From the NCBI GenBank assembly GCA_023231475.1, contig JALJEE010002988.1, forward strand, positions 1-40,563: a stretch of DNA of 40,563 bases, written 5' to 3'. This DNA comes from Seison nebaliae. Lineage: Eukaryota. The translations under genes and the position numbers were made by a program. Positions 35,096-40,563 of the stretch are shown here, one piece after another. The notes beneath the pieces are model-generated. The model was given only the letters and a program-made list of their open reading frames with translations, was not told the origin of the DNA and ran no database searches. Each line of letters opens with the position of its first letter. Position 1 is the first letter of the stretch.

Positions 35096-36920
35096 CCAAT
35101 AAAAATAAAAATATAATGGTTTTTTATCGCCTTCTTAAAAATTTCGTTAGAATAATAAAACGTTTTCAAATCTTTTTCATTAACATTTCGAACAACACAT
35201 TAAGTTAAATGAAAACAACAAACATTTTTTAAGTGGCCGATATTCCCCACCTCAAAGTCAAGCACGAGGTCTGAAAGGCGTAATTGTCATTCATTTTAAA
35301 TATTTCTTTCTTCCAAGATGATCTTTCTTTCGTTTTTTTAAACATATATCAATGTAATCGCTCTATCTTTAATAAAAGCGCGAATTATATGCAGTTGGGT
35401 AAATTCCATATATCTCAACAACATCGATCCGTCGGAGATATGTTCAATAACTCGATAATATCCTAATTATTATTATTTGATGATAGTATGGCGGAAAACT
35501 AAATCATTGAAGAGAAAACATTGACATTAACTAGAAAATTCAGATGGTCATTTTTTAAAATTATTAAGTAAGTGTAAGAATGTCTCAAATTTCAAATGGA
35601 AAGACATAGATAATTTATATAATTAATAGAATCGTAAGATGTATTTAACTTACTGTTTTATAATGTTTATTGTTTGTTAGTATCATTTCTATGTTTATTA
35701 TAAATTTTTCAATGTAATTTTCTTCAAAAATCACTGGTTTAGAACCAGCGGTTTGATAGAAAATGTCTATCGACAGATTAAGATAGTTGTCGAATAGAAT
35801 GTTGATTATAACGTACAATTATTATATGTTTATTGTCTAACTGTAAATATTCTCATTTTTCATTTATGCAGAATAATGAAATTCTTCAACAAAGAATAGA
35901 CACATCTGTCCTTATGAAAAGTAAGTTATTGCATATTGCACAAATAAACATTGAAATTTGTGCATATGCATGTATGCACTGCACATTTCCTATGAAGAGA
36001 TGTAGAACAACTCAAATTTCATTAGTATGTTCAAGAATATTATCCCGTCCTTTTCTCAATGTCCTTTTCAAAGAAATCACTTCACCTTTGGTCTATTGAT
36101 TGACATAGCGGGGACAACTTGAAAGGTGTTATTTAAAGAAGAAGCCAAAAAATTGTAGGGAAAAGTGTTGGAGTATGTGTTGTTTAATGTGAACTAATAA
36201 ATGCATAGAAAGATAAAGATTTATATGATTGCTATTATAATTATATATTGCTAGTGTATGTGGTTACACGATTTGCAAAAGTGAGAAGCATTTTCTTCTG
36301 GAAACTATGAGTTTTTCAGAAAATTTATTTCCCCATTCCTGACTAAACTGCTCTTTATTAAATCAGAAATATTACTCTCCATACAAACATTTTTCTCTCC
36401 TTTCTTCACAGAATACGTTTTTTTTAATTTATTAGTTAATTGTTTATTCAACCAACATATGAAAAGAGATGAAGTTCTACCAATAACCACCACGTTCCGA
36501 CTTTTGTGCTAAAGTTCCGTTTGGATTAAAAATTCTTATTATTATCAAATGATTCTTAACAATGTCTTTGATGCGGTGAAAAACAACTTCGTTTTACGGT
36601 AATCTAGATAGATGTAATTGGTTGAAATACTGAAGAGATATTGTCCATAATCATAATTTTTTTAAAAATTAATATAAAAGAAATTCATTCGATTAAATTT
36701 GTGTTGATGACATAATTTTTCCAACTGATTATCTACCGAAAGAATAAATTGTAATTTAAAATTTCTAACAAATATCATTCTCCAGAGATTTTTTCTTGTC
36801 AATTTCCCTTCACTAATGATTTCAAAAACATTCGATATGTGACGAGAAGGAAGTTGAGAGGTTTCCGAAAAAGCGATTGTTTATTTCTGCAAGGATTCTT
36901 TAAGATTTCACTTCATTCCA

Positions 36921-38554
36921 ATGACTCGATCAAAAAAATGGTTACTCGTCTTCCTCATACTGCTTCCAATTCAATATGTCACTTATCTTTTTGTTACCAG
37001 AGAGACTATCGGTTAAACATATCATTCATTTTATGTCCTTAATTCATCTTCATAACAGATCATCAATACAATAACAATATAAAAATATTAGAGAAATCTG
37101 ACAATTATCAAGGTAATTTTACCTCATTATCCATAAAATTGAAGACGAATATTTTAAAAACAAAAAATTCGAAATTCAAAGGAAGCTCCTCCGTGGAATG
37201 GGAAAAGATTAAAGTGAAAAACTCTGAAACTTTCGTTTACAAGTTGAAAAAGACAAAATATTCGAAAGTGCGTCCTCAACTTAATCAATTATTGTCACTG
37301 GTCAATATATCAGATAATGTTTATGAAAAAAACGGTTCAAATTTAATGAAAGTTTACGCACAACCTCAAAATTATGATTCCAACACACCCGATTGTCCTG
37401 CCGTTCCCAAAAACTTAACAGGAAGATTAACTGTTAATTTAACTCCTAAGACATGGGATGAATTATTGAAGAACGAAAGGAATTTAACAAAACGAGGTGG
37501 TAGAAATTGGCCGAATTATTGTCGTCAAAGAATAAAAATTGCCATAATAATTTGTTATAGAAATCGAGATCAACATCTACGTTCTTTCTTAAAACATATG
37601 CATCCATTTTTGAGGAAACAAAAATTAGATTATTCAATCGTTTTAGTTGAACAGATGGCAGGAAGTCTGTTTAATCGAGGAATGTTGTTCAATATCGGTT
37701 TCATCGAAATGAAACGAATGGATCCTTCAATCAACTGCTTCATATTTCACGATGTAGATCTTATTCCAGAAGATGATCGAAATCTTTATATTTGTGGAAA
37801 ATATCCTAGACATTTGACGGTTGCAATCGACAAATATAAATATCGGTTCAATTTTTAAAAAATATTAGGACGATATATAAATCCCAACTTATGCCCGTTC
37901 TGTTTAGACTTTCTTATTCGCAATTATTTGGAGGTGGAACTGCTTTCAGTGATGATCAATTTATGGGTACTAACGGATTCAGTAATGAATATTGGGGTTG
38001 GGGTGGCGAAGATGACGATTTGTATATTCGGTTTATTATTTCTTATCATTTTTTTTCCATTCATTAAACTTTTATCTTTTCAGAGTTCGTCAAATTTTAG
38101 GAACTGACATATCTAGATATCCGAATGATATTGCACGATATAAAATGATTAAACATTCAAAAAAAGAAAGTGAAAAATATAATCCTAACCGGTTTGTTGT
38201 AAAATTTCTCTGTTGTAGAAACGTAAAATATTCGGCTCTGTATATTTTTTTAGACATCGAATGTTAAAATCAAAAGTTGATCGTTTCTTCTACGATGGAT
38301 TACATCGGACTAAATATGAAGTGAAATCGATTCGGTTCCAACCACTCTTTACCAATATAACAGTGAAAATTACTGAACATAAATGGCATGACATCGTCTC
38401 TAATTTGAATCTGAAGTTTCTCCCCATGAAGAAAAAGGATACGAAGAGCAAACAGGATGCGAAACGTTTAGAAATGCAGAAAAAACAAAGAGATGCGTTA
38501 AAGAAAGCAAAAGAAGATAAAGGACAAAATCCGAAAGCTGCTGCTCCGAAATGA
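36921..38554 (+). CDS. GT7-family beta-1,4-N-acetylgalactosaminyltransferase (bre-4-like) / beta-1,4-galactosyltransferase, 5 exons
   Basis: Type II TM anchor (MTRSKKWLLVFLILLPIQYV), IAIIICYRNR..HL, FNRGMLFNIGF, FHDVDLIP, FGG, NGFSNEYWGWGGEDDD, YKMIKH. Four GTT…YAG introns (first 37012-37058). Confidence 0.92.
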
Positions 38555-39159
38555 AAAATAACTGTCTCATTTTAACTTTCCGTCCGTTCTACAGCGTCGC
38601 GAGTTTGTAAATTTCCCGTTACTTTATCCTTTTCTTCCGTTTTCGTCACAACTTGCCAGTTAGAATAACCAGTCTATATGAACAACCGATAATTTTATTA
38701 ATTTCATGTTCTCAACTAACTAGTTTATTGACTAGTTAGATAAATAATTTTTTAAATTTTATCATGAAAAGTCATTTCGAATAAATAGTTTTATTTAATT
38801 TATATTTATAAACTGAACTTGATTGGTGGCCGATATTCAAATATTACTTATAATTTTGAGGTGTTCACTATGCTAATAGTGAAATCAATAGACAAGTTGG
38901 TTCTTAATCAAAGAACCAAAATGCAAGCATATGAGCGATATGAACTAGGGTGACAGTAAAAACTAGTTTTTAGTTTAAACTTTTTTCCTAAAAAGTTTTT
39001 ATAAGTTTTTATCACTAAAAACTTTTGTTGAAGAAACTTTTTATTAGTTTTTTTAAATAATGGAACATGCGATCCCCAAAGTTTGGGGATATAAAGGGAA
39101 CATTCCTTTTTACATGATTCATTATTATTCTTTTCTTTATTAATATTATCTTTCTGACC

Positions 39160-39510
39160 AATAAATTCCAATTCTATCCGATCACATTCATTTAAATATA
39201 ATGATTACCCGCAACCAATCTAGAACCACAAGCAAGGAATCATTACATGTAATCCTTCGAAATTTGTGTAACATTACTTTTTCGATAACTTATGCTGAAT
39301 TTCGGAATATCAGCTTGACAAGTACCTTATTCTTCGGGTGTGAAATTGATAATCAAACAAAGTCATCCACGAGTGTAGATAAAAATGTAAGTACATTTTG
39401 TTGGATGTCCGTTTAAAACCTTTTCAAACTTTTTGTTCTGATTCTTTAGTCTTCTAGGATCTGTTGCATTTACATTAAGATGAATGTTATCGTTAGATAA
39501 AACCTACAAT
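39160..39510 (-). pseudogene. Possible decayed lipase-like pseudogene
   Basis: LNVNATDP…F…HPTKCTYIFIYTRG* and LLVVLDW weakly recall the pancreatic-lipase-family 'PTKFIIHGW' and 'VIVVDW' motifs; many stops. Confidence 0.2.
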
Positions 39511-40563
39511 CTATTTGTACGAACATTATTTGGATGTAGGCGTCCGTTTAATAGAGCCTTCATGTTCAGTATTGGGAATAAGTCATATTTTCCCCTTTTG
39601 TTATTTAGGAGCTATTTCTCGTGAATTTCAAAATAACCGATTTTGTACTTATTCATTTTGTTGGGTCAATCATTATCCTAATAACTTCCCAATACCCAAT
39701 AACTTCCATTTCAAAATTCTTTGCCCCGAATAAAATTTCGAATCAAAAAAAAAATATATATAAAATGCAATTCCGGATTGGAAGTGTGGGAATATGAACA
39801 GCATTTTAGAGAGTATTATATCAATGGACAGTTCGAAAAAGGAGAAAAGAAAAAATTAATGTGTAGAATAATATGCGGATATGCTGATTATATGTGGATG
39901 ATATAGTGTTATATAGTAACAGTAAGGAAAGTTTCCATGCTATGCTACGGTATTCATGAAGAACTTGTTGAGATAATTCTTTTTTGAGATATTTAAAAAT
40001 ATAATTTAAAAAATTTTTAAATTGTTGTAAAATATTGCTGTTGCTGTTCGATCCTAAAAAACAAATTTACAGATCTACATTTTCAACGAAGCCACAATGG
40101 ATATTCGTTGGTATTTCCTGAAATACAGCTGAAATATTTAGATGAATGAGAGAACAATCGTTTATTATCGTTTAATCCAAATTTGTAACACTCATATCTC
40201 CTTCGAATACTTAGTTCCCGACAATCTCAAAAATCATATACCAAGGTGTTCTGAACTAATTTCCAACGACCAACGTCGTGAATTTTTAATTTTTATTTAT
40301 CAAATACCCTACAGGGATTTACATTTACAATAAAAAAAAAGAATAAATAAAGAAATTTATTCGCATAAAATATTTCGATATGAATTAAAATTAAAATAAA
40401 ATAAATTTGATAAAACAAATTAAAGAATGAAATTATTTATCCCAAGTATTCCGAATAGATTGCCATTGTTCTTTGATACTCTTCAACTGAAATGAAATAT
40501 TTATAAAAATAAAACAAAATGAAATTAGAACTTTTGTTGGTGACAAATTGGCGATGGTTCGAT

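Noticed and set aside
34140..36650. Possible piggyBac relics (FTVD-like at ~34440; MDN and Cys-rich tail on minus ~35850-36650)
   Set aside because: Motifs too degraded to support by eye; would need a tBLASTn/HMM search.
35233..38838. Shared 13-mer GTGGCCGATATTC at ~35233 and 38826 flanking the GT7 gene
   Set aside because: A single 13-bp match within 40 kb is compatible with chance and does not extend.

Overview
Very AT-rich, gene-dense eukaryotic (metazoan-type) nuclear DNA, not prokaryotic, so many ORF-track starts at TTG/GTG are artefacts and several genes must be reassembled across tiny introns. Recognisable genes: an intronless 7TM GPCR-like gene, DDX23/Prp28, TMEM209, LLPH, QTRT2 (9 exons), phenylalanine hydroxylase (8 exons), a DDHD/SEC23IP-family phospholipase A1, and a GT7 beta-1,4-GalNAc/Gal transferase. 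There are also several orphan multi-exon genes, two related small secreted peptides and an 11-mer-repeat N/Q/A-rich LEA-like protein. Roughly 8.8-16.7 kb is a mosaic of decayed LTR, Tc1/Tc3, MULE and LINE fragments, with more relics at 29.7-31.5 kb. Main observations: (1) manually reconstructed introns are 42-66 nt, 27 of 28 begin GTT, and AAG acceptors are frequent; (2) the convergent QTRT2 and PAH genes overlap their stop codons in one TTAA; (3) co-directional genes lie only ~60-180 bp apart; (4) an apparently undescribed small secreted peptide family. The organism cannot be identified from the sequence alone; a compact-genome invertebrate is inferred.
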